Of a stretch of 64,000 bases of DNA, positions 1-12,000 are shown piece after piece. Origin of the DNA: an uncultured virus (IMG/VR IMGVR_UViG_3300027798_000023) (Duplodnaviria; Heunggongvirae; Uroviricota; Caudoviricetes); the IMG/VR virus record IMGVR_UViG_3300027798_000023; one strand, written 5' to 3'. The notes below the pieces were generated by a model. The model searched no databases and was not told where the DNA came from. It was given only the letters and a program-made list of their open reading frames with translations. The translations under genes and the position numbers were made by a program. Numbering within the stretch: the stretch's first letter is position 1; each line of letters opens with the position of its first letter.

Positions 1-135
1 GACGGGAAAACATCGCGCAACCGCAAATGGGGAAATCGTGTAGGGGCTCACGATTTCGATCAATGCGAGAAGATGGTGAGCGTATCAAAATCTATGGCTA
101 ACAGCCAAGCTGACCGACCGAACGGTTCGGTCTAG
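1..135 (+). CDS. 3' end of a small phage protein (truncated by window edge)
   Basis: Frame 1 open from base 1 to TAG at 133-135 (DGKTSRNRKW...RPNGSV*). Confidence 0.45.
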   Translation, partial: DGKTSRNRKWGNRVGAHDFDQCEKMVSVSKSMANSQADRPNGSV

Positions 136-176
136 CGACCTGTTCGATTTAATTTAACCAACCAACCAACCGAACC

Positions 177-560
177 ATGAACATGGAACATTTACTAGCA
201 GCAACCAACAAAGTGGTTGAACTTAATAACCAACTAACCGCAGTCACCGAGCAGCGGGACGGATTGCACGAGTTGCACAACAAGAACGCAGCCAGATCCA
301 AAGAACTATTAGAGCTTTGTGGTACGCTACGAAAGCAGCGGGACAGACTGGCGGAGGCTTTGAAAAAAGCAGCACCCATTGTATCAAGATACCCGTCTGG
401 CTGGGATTTCAGCCATGATGAATTAGATGAAGCTGATGACGAAATAACCGAAGCACTCCAATCCCTAAACCAATCAAAACCAGAATCAAAAGACCCACAT
501 CGTTTTTGTCGAGGTGGCGGAGGTAACAACTTCCATTGCGGGTGCAAGTATGATGGCTAA
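177..560 (+). CDS. small coiled-coil phage protein, EQRD..LAEAL/TEALQSLNQ family
   Basis: ATG after (AACC)n leader; shares DNA blocks with ORFs at 580, 62913 and 63434. Confidence 0.75.
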   Translation: MNMEHLLAATNKVVELNNQLTAVTEQRDGLHELHNKNAARSKELLELCGTLRKQRDRLAEALKKAAPIVSRYPSGWDFSHDELDEADDEITEALQSLNQSKPESKDPHRFCRGGGGNNFHCGCKYDG

Positions 561-579
561 CAACCCAACCAACTGAACC

Positions 580-858
580 ATGAACAACAAGCCACACCTA
601 CGCCACCGATGGCATGACGGAGCTTTATTTATCGACACAGCCAAGAATATCCAATGGCGTTTGCAATGGTGCAAATGCGGTAAAGAAAGAGTTAAACCTA
701 AATCAAACCAACGGCGGGATATGCTGGCGGAGGCTATCCGAAAAAACAAATTCGATGATGTTAAACTATGGCAAGCACTCCAACCCCTAAACCAAGATCA
801 TACTGTTGATGCCAACGATATGATCGCAGCCGTGAAAGGAGATAACCATGAGTCCTGA
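580..858 (+). CDS. small phage protein, same mosaic family
   Basis: A/C-rich leader; RDMLAEA and QALQPLNQ blocks. Confidence 0.65.
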   Translation: MNNKPHLRHRWHDGALFIDTAKNIQWRLQWCKCGKERVKPKSNQRRDMLAEAIRKNKFDDVKLWQALQPLNQDHTVDANDMIAAVKGDNHES

Positions 859-1147
859 AGCACAACGAATCGCGATTGCAAAATCAGTAGGAATCCATTT
901 ACATGACGGTGACCACGCCCCATCGAATTACACGTTTATCAGCGATTTGCCTGACTATCTGAACGATCTTAACGCGATTCATAATGTTGAGAAAAAATTA
1001 AAAGGTATGCAGTGGCTAAACTATGTAGATGCTTTGCTTGATGCTTGCGGATGTGAGACACCTACGATTACAGCAACCGCAGCCCAACGCTCTGAAGCAT
1101 ACCTCCGAACCATTGGTAAGTGGAAAGGAGGGAGCGATGTGCGTTAA
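848..1147 (+). CDS. hypothetical phage protein (PDYxxDLNA motif family)
   Basis: Overlaps previous stop; LPDYLNDLNAIH...TATAAQRSEA motifs seen in small phage proteins. Confidence 0.7.
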   Translation: MSPEAQRIAIAKSVGIHLHDGDHAPSNYTFISDLPDYLNDLNAIHNVEKKLKGMQWLNYVDALLDACGCETPTITATAAQRSEAYLRTIGKWKGGSDVR

Positions 1148-1184
1148 AACATCCATATTAGATGTTTAAGAAAGCTGAACATTT

Positions 1185-1234
1185 ATGTAGGCGAACGCTG
1201 ACATTTTGCTAATGTAGGCGAACGCTGACATTTT
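1185..1234. repeat. 2 x 23-bp direct repeat ATGTAGGCGAACGCTGACATTTT, 27-bp period
   Basis: Identical copies at 1185-1207 and 1212-1234, intergenic. Confidence 0.9.
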
Positions 1235-1291
1235 AAGAAGGACAAATACAAACCAACAAGTCCTTATGAAACTGATAACAGAACCAAGTAA

Positions 1292-1474
1292 ATGAGCTAC
1301 AAAGGATCGAGACACCGAGTAATTAACTACGCCGTTTTTCAAAACACCATTGAAGAAATACGTAAAAACTCAGAGAATCTTACAGGTAAACCCTGTGACA
1401 AACACAAAGAGTTCAGCAAGTATTGTCTTAAATGTTGGGCGGAAACAGATAAACCCATTAAAGATGAGCAGTAA
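1292..1474 (+). CDS. small Cys/His-containing hypothetical protein
   Basis: CxxH...CxxC; tight packing with neighbours. Confidence 0.55.
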   Translation: MSYKGSRHRVINYAVFQNTIEEIRKNSENLTGKPCDKHKEFSKYCLKCWAETDKPIKDEQ

Positions 1475-1640
1475 ACCCACGCATGATCCGCACGTTCGGG
1501 CGTTAGCCAACGATCTGAACAAGGTCATAGACAGATACGCTTTAGAGTTTGACCTTACTCTTGCAGCGGTAATAGGGACATTAGAGTTAATCAAACTCGA
1601 TCTGTATACGTCTGAAACACAAGAGTATTATGATGAATAG
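1464..1640 (+). CDS. hypothetical protein (58 aa)
   Basis: ATG at 1464 overlapping the upstream ORF end; MSSKPTHDPH... Confidence 0.6.
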   Translation: MSSKPTHDPHVRALANDLNKVIDRYALEFDLTLAAVIGTLELIKLDLYTSETQEYYDE

Positions 1641-1893
1641 CACCCCACATTACTACGTAAAAAACGAGAATGGACTCTCGATCCGGATACGCACCTTGGA
1701 AAAAGCCAAGGAATACGCTGAAGAAATGGTTCTTTTTAACCCGCAACACAGGTACGAAATCCTTAAATGCGTAGGCGTAACTGGCAATGGGCAAGTAAAA
1801 ACTTCTTGGCTTTTTGGAAATGATGAGGTAGATGAATGCGACTCCTTTAAATTTGGAGTAGGAGAAGGCAGCTTCATTAACCGAAATAAATAA
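1630..1893 (+). CDS. hypothetical protein
   Basis: Overlapping start/stop in operon. Confidence 0.6.
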   Translation: MMNSTPHYYVKNENGLSIRIRTLEKAKEYAEEMVLFNPQHRYEILKCVGVTGNGQVKTSWLFGNDEVDECDSFKFGVGEGSFINRNK

Positions 1894-2115
1894 ATGAAAA
1901 AGTGCAGTATTGTCGAATGTAAATTCTTAGATCACGTAGAAGATGGCGACGAACCTATTGAGTTTATTGTGCATGGTCTTCTTGTCAAAAAGAAGAAAGA
2001 ATACATTGTTATTTCTTCTTGGAGTTACTCAGATAAAAAATTCCGTGACGATGGAAACGAGAAACTTTTTACCATAGTGAGGTCTGCCATAGTGCAGCTT
2101 CGTAAACTTAATTAA
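1894..2115 (+). CDS. hypothetical protein
   Basis: Abuts previous gene; VECKFLDH...VHGLL pattern of a small beta protein. Confidence 0.65.
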   Translation: MKKCSIVECKFLDHVEDGDEPIEFIVHGLLVKKKKEYIVISSWSYSDKKFRDDGNEKLFTIVRSAIVQLRKLN

Positions 2116-2124
2116 CTAACCTTA

Positions 2125-2850
2125 ATGGCTTGGGAAAAATCAATTTTCATGGCGGACTCTCACGGCGATCTGGTCTGCCCAAAAGCAATTAAAGTTTTTA
2201 AGGGTTTCATGGATACGTGGAAGCCGTCGATCAAAGTCCATTTAGGTGACGTCTGGGACTTCCGTTCTATCCGCCGAGCAGCAGGCCCAGAGGAACGTGC
2301 AGAGGGCATACGCTACGACTACAACTGTGGCATGGAGTTGCTTGACTGGTATCGCCCAAACTATTTGACGCTAGGCAACCACGATCACCGCCTATGGAGA
2401 GCAGGTAGCGAGACAAGCAATGGCGTGTTGGCAGACCTATGCGCCCAGAAAGCACAAGAGACTGAGGATGAGTTCCGCAAGATGAAAATACAGTGGGTTC
2501 ACTGGAAGGTTACTGAGCGGTTTAAGATCGGAAATTTGTCATTGATTCACGGTTTCCACTCATCAATGCACCCAGCTAAGGCGCATTGGGAGAAATATGG
2601 TTCTGTAATTTTTGGTCACGTACACGCACCGAACGATTATGAAGCTCGAAGCATAGATGGTGGAAGCGCACACGCAATCGGCACAATGGCACAGATCGAC
2701 AAGATGTCTTATGCTGATTCATATACGGCAAAGCTAGGATGGAGACAGGGATTCGCATACGGAATACATAATAACCGCACAGGGGCATTTAAAATATGGC
2801 AAATAACCAAAAACGGGAACGACTGGATCAGCCCTCACGGGATACTTTAA
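2125..2850 (+). CDS. calcineurin-like metallophosphoesterase
   Basis: Motifs DSHG, GDxWD, GNHD, HG, GHxH. Confidence 0.9.
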   Translation: MAWEKSIFMADSHGDLVCPKAIKVFKGFMDTWKPSIKVHLGDVWDFRSIRRAAGPEERAEGIRYDYNCGMELLDWYRPNYLTLGNHDHRLWRAGSETSNGVLADLCAQKAQETEDEFRKMKIQWVHWKVTERFKIGNLSLIHGFHSSMHPAKAHWEKYGSVIFGHVHAPNDYEARSIDGGSAHAIGTMAQIDKMSYADSYTAKLGWRQGFAYGIHNNRTGAFKIWQITKNGNDWISPHGIL

Positions 2851-3065
2851 GCGAACTAGATCAGGCATTGGCGGATCTGGCACTTGAAGGAAACCCCCAA
2901 GAGGGAGAGTTCACCATGGGCGAACTTCTTATCAAAGCTGAAAGAGAAGGCAAGAAAGTTAGTCGCACAAAAATGCAGGATCTAATCTCTAATATGATCT
3001 CATCTGGGAAGTGGAAATGCCGTAAAATACACAACAAGATTTATTACAAACGCATTGACAACTGA
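2796..3065 (+). CDS. small winged-helix-like protein
   Basis: Helix-helix-wing pattern (FTMGELL...SRTKMQDLI...GKWKCRKIHNKIYY). Confidence 0.55.
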   Translation: MANNQKRERLDQPSRDTLSELDQALADLALEGNPQEGEFTMGELLIKAEREGKKVSRTKMQDLISNMISSGKWKCRKIHNKIYYKRIDN

Positions 3066-3090
3066 GGGGTGAATCAACGAGGATATTGAT

Positions 3091-6000
3091 ATGCAAGACC
3101 CTACCCTCGCCGCTCAGTCGGGAGAGATGAACACGGAAGATCAGTTCTCTGGAAACATCGCTCAACAAATTCCAAGCATTACCCCAGCAGTTGAAGCTCC
3201 TGTTGAAGCACCTGTTGAAGCTCCTGTTGAAGCTCCTATTGAAGAGCCTGTTGAAGAAAAAAGAAACATACTCAAGTTCTCTGAATGGGTATCTCAAAAC
3301 ACAGGCGATGGGACGAGCGATATTGAGAAACAGTTTGCGGCTGATCCGTTATCCAAGTATCGCGGATACTCCGGCTATGTTCGTCAGTCACTTCTTGAAC
3401 GTGGCGAGTGGGATGATGAGGTCATCGCCAACGTGGATAAGAACATCGCAGGCATTGCGATTGACGCCAAAGACTATAGTCCCAAAGACCCGAACGCAGA
3501 GGTTACGGTTGACGACGTATTGGCTAAACCAAAAACGGATGAGCTTCCACTAGACTCTCTTCTTTCTTATGCGTCATCTTCGGAAAAGGATTTCGCAGGC
3601 GTGCGCACAAACAGCGTAGCCAAACTGATGGCTCTTAAACAAGACCCGAACCTTGCCACTGCAGAGTCACTAGCCGCAGCAGAACTTTCTGTTCGCGAAT
3701 GGGTCACACCTGAGATCATTGCTGAAGCTACCCAGAACGACATACGTGACGGACGTAAACTTGCAGCTGTTGTTCCCCCGCCGATTGAAGGTGGCGCGTC
3801 TGACGTAAAGATCAGCGATTCTCTTTTTAGCTATGTCCGCGAAGACGGGTCTATCGACGACGAGAACTTAGCCAAAGCCATCAAGATGAATGGCATTGAC
3901 CCTGAGCTTATTGCGCCTATCCGTCAAAAGCTGTCAACACCTGCAGGGTATAAAGTTCCGTATGCCCAGATTGAAAAGCAAGCTGAGTTTGTTTCAAGCC
4001 TTGACGCAGTTTCTCGCACCCGTGGTGCTGACGGAAGTTTCAGAGCGTACGACGCGCTTCAAAAGATTGCTAGTGCCACCAAGAACAACAACACGGCTTA
4101 CATTGATAGCTATGGCATGAACGAACTTGAAGAAAGTTTGAAAGGTCAGAAGTTCTGGGACGAGTCATCGCCTGAACAACGCCGCACTTTTGTTAATGAC
4201 TACGTCAAGGCGAACGACATGTCAGAGTTTGACATGGAAAAACCTGAGACAGCGTTGAAGACTCTGTCAACAGGTGAGGTAGTCGCGCCCATCACTCTCA
4301 TGCTTAACGATAAAGCATTTGATAAAGCCCTTAATTCTGGGGCTGTTCCCAAAGAGCAGCAAGAGCGCATGCGGAATGTGAGAGATGCTCAAGTTGAAGC
4401 CAACGCTGCCAACATCATCAAAGTCATTGCAAAGAACCCGCAAGGCGGGGCTGAGTTTGTCAACTACTTGGATCAGCAGCAAACCGCTGGCAAGTCCAAG
4501 AGCGAGATCGTTAAAAGCTGGATCAGCAGAGACGAGTTTAGCGCGGCAAAGACATTCGGCGTAGGGATCGCCGCATCTTTGAAGGACGCCGTCTTGCCGT
4601 TTGTGTACCTCGGCACGCCGGGATCTGGCATGGATAACTTCGCCATGAAAGAAATGGTTAAGTCGAACGAAGCCGATGCTAACCGTCGTGAATACGCTCA
4701 ACTTTTTAACCGCGACCTTGGCATGGGCTACGACCTTAGCCGCTTGGTAGCACCTGTTGTTGCTGACCTTGCCGCAGCACGCCTTACGGGCGGACTGTCG
4801 ATGGGGGCTACTTCCGTTGCACGTAAGACCGTAGGCACTGTTGTTAAAGCCACGATGCGTGAGTCGCTTGAGGCAGGCACAAAGACTGCGATGCAATCGT
4901 GGATCAAGTCGATGGCACGCAGTGGAGCAGAGTCCATTGGGACAAAACTCACTGCACGCAATACGGTTGACGAAGTTATCTCCTTGGCTGGACGCGACAT
5001 CGTAAACAAGATCGGCACAGGAACAGGCTACGTGGCTATGCAAGCCGTCGGGTTTAATCGTTCCGCGACTACGACATACGCAAGCCTAAGCACCACGCTT
5101 GCGTCAGAGAAAAACCCTGACGGGTCTGCCAAGTATACACCCGAAGAGGTGAAAGAGATTGCGATGAATCACTCGCTTATCTCAGGCGCGATTACGGCTG
5201 GCGTAATTGGAGGATTCCAGTTGATGGGAAAACCCGGACTTGAAAGACTTTTAGATAGAGGACTCACCAAACCACAGCTCAATAGGGTGTTTACACGTTT
5301 GACTAAAGACATGGGTTCGCTTGGCGGAGGCGTCGAAACCGCAGCAGCGCAAGGCATGCTGAAGTCGATGGTAAAAGAAACGATCATCCCGTTTACCAAG
5401 AGTGCGGCAGTTAAAGGTTTTGTCGAAGAGAGTCTTGAAGAATCATCAGAGTCTATCCTTCAGTCAATCAATACTGCGATAGCAACCGGAGAGCCTGTCA
5501 AAATTAAAGACATTATCCAAGGCGCGGCGTATGAAGGTCTCCTTGGAGGAGTCATGGGCGGAACAATTACCAGCATCGGTGCGGGAATGCAAAACCGCAG
5601 AGCGGTAAATGTAGCCTTGGAAGCTGACATCCGTCGTGAGAAGTTGCTTGAGATCGCTGGCAAACTTGACACCACGTCACCACAAACTGCAAAAGTAATA
5701 CGTAACTTTGCGGCAAACCAACGTAGTTTGTTCCCTCAACAAGCAGACCTTGAAGCCAGACTTAAAAAAGCTAAGGGCGAAGATAAAGCGCAGATCCAGT
5801 CTGAGATAGATCAACTAAAAACCAATGCAGCACAAGACCCAAAACAACGACTTGTCACTCCCGCCCAAGAAGGCGTACCTACGACTGAAGCAGCAGGAGG
5901 GACTGTCACGCCACCAAGCGAAGCAGGAATGGCTACAACTGGAACAGAAGTTCCTCCAACGGAAGCTGGAACGCCAGAGGGCGGAACCGCTGCCAAGCCT

Positions 6001-9000
6001 GCAAGAGCAGCAGATAAACCTACCAGACAATCTTTAGAACAAAATTTTGAGCAAGAGTTTGCTGGAGACCCAGACGTAATGGGCACAACGCCAGAACCCG
6101 TGAAGCACGCCGGACGTGCGCGTATGGCTGAGAGGATTCTTGTGTCCAAGGGTGTCGATCCAGCAGTTGCAAACCAAATTGCTGCAGAAATATCAACACA
6201 AGCAGGGGAAACATCTGCCACTGAACAGTTCAGAGAAAGAGTGTTTGAAGTGTTCCGCAATGAAGGTGGCGTATTTCCTGACGAATTGACCCTATTCTCT
6301 GAAGACGCTACTCTTTACGAAGCAGGCGGAGATACGAAATCCAAAGATACTGCGGCTGAAGCAGTAAAACAAAATGCAGAAAGGCGAGCCGAGGCAAGCG
6401 CAACTAACGCAACAGTAGCACAGAAGATTCGCAGCGCAAAAGCCGGAGTCCTTGCACCTACTACTGGAGTTGCTCCTGCTGCTACCTCTGCACCTACAGC
6501 TGCACCTGCTACTCAAGCTCAAACCCCTGCTAAACCAAGTTCAACGAAACCATTGACTGGGTATCAAGCTGGTTTTGAACTTGCTCGTATAGCTAGAGAA
6601 GCAGGAGTGGATTTAACACAGTTGTCTAGGGAGCAGTATGCCGACTATGCTGTTCAACATGGGATGAGAATTGACGATAATCAATTAAGACTTCGCCCAG
6701 AGCTTAGAACACAGGAGACAATGGATGAGAGTTTAAAAGCTAGAAAAGCTACTCAACCACAAAACGATTCAGATAAAAAGAGTGACGAAGCCTTCGCTAA
6801 ATTTGCAGCTAATACGCAGAATTTAGCATCAGGTAAAGGAGTGTCCCACAATGGACAAATAGCTACGGGCGTTGAAGTCAGAAGCGGAACAGCCACATCA
6901 AATAGCTGGTTGTTTTGGAAGATCAATAAAGGTGCGTCAGCTAATACACAAGAAGATACCCACAAGGCATACGTAGGTTTCAAGAATGTATACAGCTCAC
7001 TGACACCTAGTCGGATTACCGCTTTTATGAAGCAGCTTCAGTCAGCTGGGTATAACGGAGACATTAAAACTATCCAAGACTTAGCTACCCAAGCGTCCAT
7101 ATCAGATCAAGTGGTAATGCACGGAGCTAGTAAAGCGGACGCCAAGCTCGCTCTCGATGAAGCAATTAAATTCTTTGGCGATGAATTGTCCTTTACGGAT
7201 AGTGGAGTTGATTCAAAGGGTAAATCGCACAGTCAAATTATATCTGATAGCATACAAGACAGAATAAATAAATCTCAAACATCTGCACCTGCTGCTACCG
7301 CCGCACCTGCACCTACCGCCGCACCTGCACCTGCACCTGTTGCAGAAACCCCAGCCAAGCCCGAAGGTCGTAGTACTGCCTCGATGAGAGATACGATTCG
7401 TACCAAACTTGATGCGGCTGAAAGCGCAGCTACGCTTCCATACCTTACACCGGAGCAAGCTCAAGTGTTTACCGACAAAGCCGAGCGTCTTAGTCAGATG
7501 CTTCAACAAGCCGAGCAAGTTCTTCAAGAAGAAAGCAAAGTCGCAGAAGCTAAAGCACTTGACGATAAAGGTGGAGTTAATCCATCGGCAGACCCAGCTG
7601 ACGTAATCACCATTGCCGAAGCGAACGATGTTCCAATCTCCAATGTTCTGAAAGTCAACAGGGTAACGCCTCGTGAGCGTGCGCGTGAGATCCTTAAAGA
7701 CCTTGATATATCAAACAAGGCAGTTGAGACCACCATGAAGATCAGCTCCCCACCGCCGATCATCAGCATCATCCGTAAGAAAAAGAAAAACGGAGGTAAA
7801 CTTACCAACAAAGAGATTAAGATTTTAGAGGCGAACCAGCAATACAACGCGTATTTGCCAAAGAGCGCATTTGGTAACGACTACAACGGAAAAGTAGCAC
7901 GCGAATTGCACGACATGATTTTCACCCGATACGATGGCGGAGACGCAGCGGATGTCGTGGCAAGATCTGTGGAGGACACAATGACTGGCGACGAGTTGAT
8001 TCTCGCAATCATGTCTGAGCTTACAAACGTATCTCGTGGGGCTACCACAAGCGTAGATCCAGACAGCGATGTCCGTAACCCTAATCGCACCAACTGGACA
8101 GATGAAGAGATTGCCGAGCAGCAAGCACTCGTATCTGAGAAGCAGCGGTTGAGATTTGAACAGAGCAACACCTTTGACTTTGGACGTGACGAGATCGCAG
8201 TATCTGATTTGAAACTTGGTGACACGATCACCCTCGATGGCGAGACGCTTGAAGTATCCCTCATCGACGAAAACGGATCAGTCGTCCTTATTGGCGGTGA
8301 CAAGTTCGGAACTCAGGTTCTTTCTGCTACCGACTATGTTTACTCCGAACCTGCTCTTGAACAAGAAGTAGACGTGGAGATGGAAGAAGAAATGCCGGAA
8401 TGGCTTAAGCCTAAAGCGACTCCTGCACCTGCGCCTGCACCTGCACCTGCACCTGCACCTGCACCTGCACCTGCACCTGCACTTGCACCTGCACCTGCAC
8501 TTCAATCCGAGATTGACAGAAAGAACGCAGATTCCAGAGAGTTGTTTGCCGACGACGGAGGTTTTGCTTTGACTGGCGAAACAACCGTAGACGGAACAAA
8601 GATCGAGGCAGAACGCAAAGCCAAAGCAGAAGCTGAAGCAAAACAAGCTGCAGCCCAAAAGACTATGTCGTTCGACGACATCTTCTTTGAAATGCCTGCC
8701 GACTACCCACTTACTCGTGAGCAAGCTACCCTGCTGTCAACAGCTGTTGACATGCCTGCTGGACTTCTATCAGCCATGCGGTCAAACCCTTCAGTCGCTG
8801 ACTTAGTTCGTTTGTATCTTGAGAGCAAAGGACTAGCAGTTGAGAACACAAAACTCAGCTCACTTGCTTTGATCGCAGAGGGTGAGCTTCGCGCTGACAA
8901 TGTCCTTAACGCCCTCCGTGGAGATAAGAGCATCAAGTATCAACCAACTAAAACAACAGCGTCAAAAACTCTTAGAGAACTCAATAGTTTTGGTTTTGCT

Positions 9001-12000
9001 ATGGGGCTTACCAAGATGTTGAAGAACATCGTCGCTAGAGGTGGATCAGATTATTCTCAAGTTGCCAAAATGCTTCTTGATGTAAAAGCGGACTCTGTAG
9101 AAGTGCGTATTGTAGACCTTCCAAATACTAACGTAGCAGGGTTCTATGACCCGTCGTCTAAGATTGTCTACGTCAACATTGCCAAGGGTCAAGAAGGCCC
9201 ACGTGGTGCGGTTGACACCGTGCTTCACGAGCTTCTCCACGCAGTAACTGATACGTCATTGCAGAACCCCAACGCCGCACAAGCAAAAATCATTAAGAAG
9301 ATTGAGCGCGTTCGTCAGACGGTTATCAAACGTGCGAAACAGAAAGGCGTGTATTACGACGATCTTCAATACGCGTTAAGCAGCAACGACGAGTTCTTAA
9401 CCCACTTCTTCACATCTGACAAATTTAGATCTGTAGTTTCCAGATTGTCCCCACCAAGCGAACGCAACTTGTTGCAAGTCATCACCGACCTTATCGCTGA
9501 TTTGGTATCTGGACGCAGCCGCGCAGATCGTGACATCGAGTCACTTCGCAAAGGTCTTGTAAGTTTGATCCAAACACCACGGAACGGACTTGTGCCATCG
9601 GATACGGTTACTAGCTTACCGCCCACACCGATTGCAGCTACAAATAAACCGAAAGCTAAAACCACAGTTCCTAAAGGAGTTGAGCGAGCAGCAAAAGCAG
9701 CTGAAGAAGTTTTGACTTCCAAAGAGAAACAATCTTTTAGTAAGACCATAGGCGAAACCGCATGGTCAGACATGGCGGCACAACGCTTCGGTGAGATGAT
9801 GACCGACTGGGTAGCATCTGGCAAAAAACTTTCAGGCAATCTTGCAAAAATGTTCCAGAAAGTATGGGAGCATCTTAAAAAACAATCACGCAATATCGGT
9901 GTAATCATCAGCGTATCGACCATGCTGAACGTAGCACCGACAGTGACCGCCCCACAAATGGCAGGGGAGCTACCTAATGACGGTGCACCTACGATGGTAG
10001 CCGACACGTCAGTAATAAACTACGACAGTGTTCCGACTCCAGAAGACATGGAGATGAATCCTACAAGAGCTGCGGCTTACATCGACTTTGACATTAACGC
10101 AGATCCACTTCCCGTATACACGTTAGAGATCCCTACCACTGTTGCTGAAGCACCTAGTGTTCAAGAACCTGAAGCACCTGTCTTTGTTAAGAAGCCGGAC
10201 TTCAAAGGTATGTCTCTCAAAGATAACGCACAGAAAATGACGAACTGGATCGTGGCGAATAATGATAACGAATCATTACCATTTATCGTTGCCGATAAAA
10301 CGGACGGAGCTTTATACTTGTTTGATACAGAAGGTCAGCTTACTGGCAAAGTTGACGCTTTGTTTGGACGTAATGCCGGAGACTTTATTAAGACCGAAGG
10401 CGTGTCTTACAGAACTCCAGCGGGTAGGTTCGATGCTGAGAAGTATGCGTCTCAGGACTACGGTGATACTGTTCGGTTCCACCGCGTTGGGAACAATAAC
10501 TTCTTGATGCACAGAATACCAAGCAGTTCTAAAACTACATCACCAGCCCAACGTCGTGCTGCGTTAGCTTCAGAAACTGCAGAGGATAATCGCGTGACCA
10601 GTGGTTGCTTGAATCTTGATCCTAAGAAAGTTCCTGAAGTAGTCGAACACTTCAATAACGGTGGTGTCGTATACGTTCTGCCAGAGACTCCAGAAGGAGT
10701 ATCCACGTTCCAAGGATTCGCTGATGCGGGTGTTCGTTTCCAACCGTCCGTCGGTCTTAGAGACGTAGCACGCTTCAACCAGCTTATCTCTGATCTGCCG
10801 ATCAGACCAACACAGGCAGACATCGACTCATGGAAAGAAGCAAACCCTGAAGCATATACTGAGCTTCAGAACATGCGTGCTGAAACTGTTTTTAATACTG
10901 CTACGGAAATCCCAGAAGCGTACGTCGGAACTCCTAGAAACTTAATGGGATTCACAAAAGAAGGTCAGCCAAATAAAGGATATGAAACTACTAATTACTC
11001 AAAAGAGATTACAATCGCTGGTAGGTTTGATGACGGAAGGTATTTTATAGACGGCATGAAAGGGCTTAACACCCCGCACGCCATGCAAAGAGCAAGGTTA
11101 AACTGGGAGGGAGCAGACATACGCCTAGTATCAGAAACTCCAGCTACCGTATCAGCCGCCGAGCCTCTCAACCTCGATGACAATGGCGATTTGGTTACTC
11201 CCGATAAGTGGGCGGACGAGATGAGTATGGACATCCGGTTCCAGCCAGCGGTTGGAGCAATGAACGCCATTCCTCCGATACCTGAGTCAGAAGGTGGCTT
11301 GATGAATCCTTCAACTTGGGAATCTCTTACTCGTGAAGGGTACGATCCATCCGCATCAGAGAAGACACAAAGGTCATCAACAGCATCAACGTATAAACAA
11401 ATACTAGACCAGTATGCCACAAAAGGAATGGAAGTGCTGGACTTCTCTGCAGGGCTAGGTGCTGGCACAGAGGTAGGTAAAAGACTAGGGCAAGATGTAG
11501 GTTTCAACATGGTGGGGTATGAGCCATTCTCTAACCCCGACAAGCGTGTCGTGACCCCAGAGTATGAAGGCATGGAATCTCTAAATCAAATCCCTAACAA
11601 CAGTAAGGATCTGATAATCAATAACGCAGTCCTCAACGTAGTTCCTGAAGACACGGGCAGGCAGATATTGAAAGACATTTACTCCAAGCTGAAACCGAAT
11701 GGAGCGGCGTTCGTCAGCGTGATGGGGTGGAATAACATTAAAACAAGGCTTACTAACCCCAAGACCAAGATTGTCGGCCCAAGAGAAGTTCTCACTTCCA
11801 TTGGTACATTCCAGAAAGGATACACTCCTCAAACTCTGGCGAGACTTATCTATGAGGAGTTGCCTGACGCAGAAGTATCTAAAACAGGTTTCGGTGATAT
11901 AGGTTTTAAAATAACTAAACCTTCAGGCATCCGCTTCCAGCCAGCAGCACAAGATGGGCGAACAGTTCTTACAAAGGACGAACGTGCTAAAAAAATAGCA

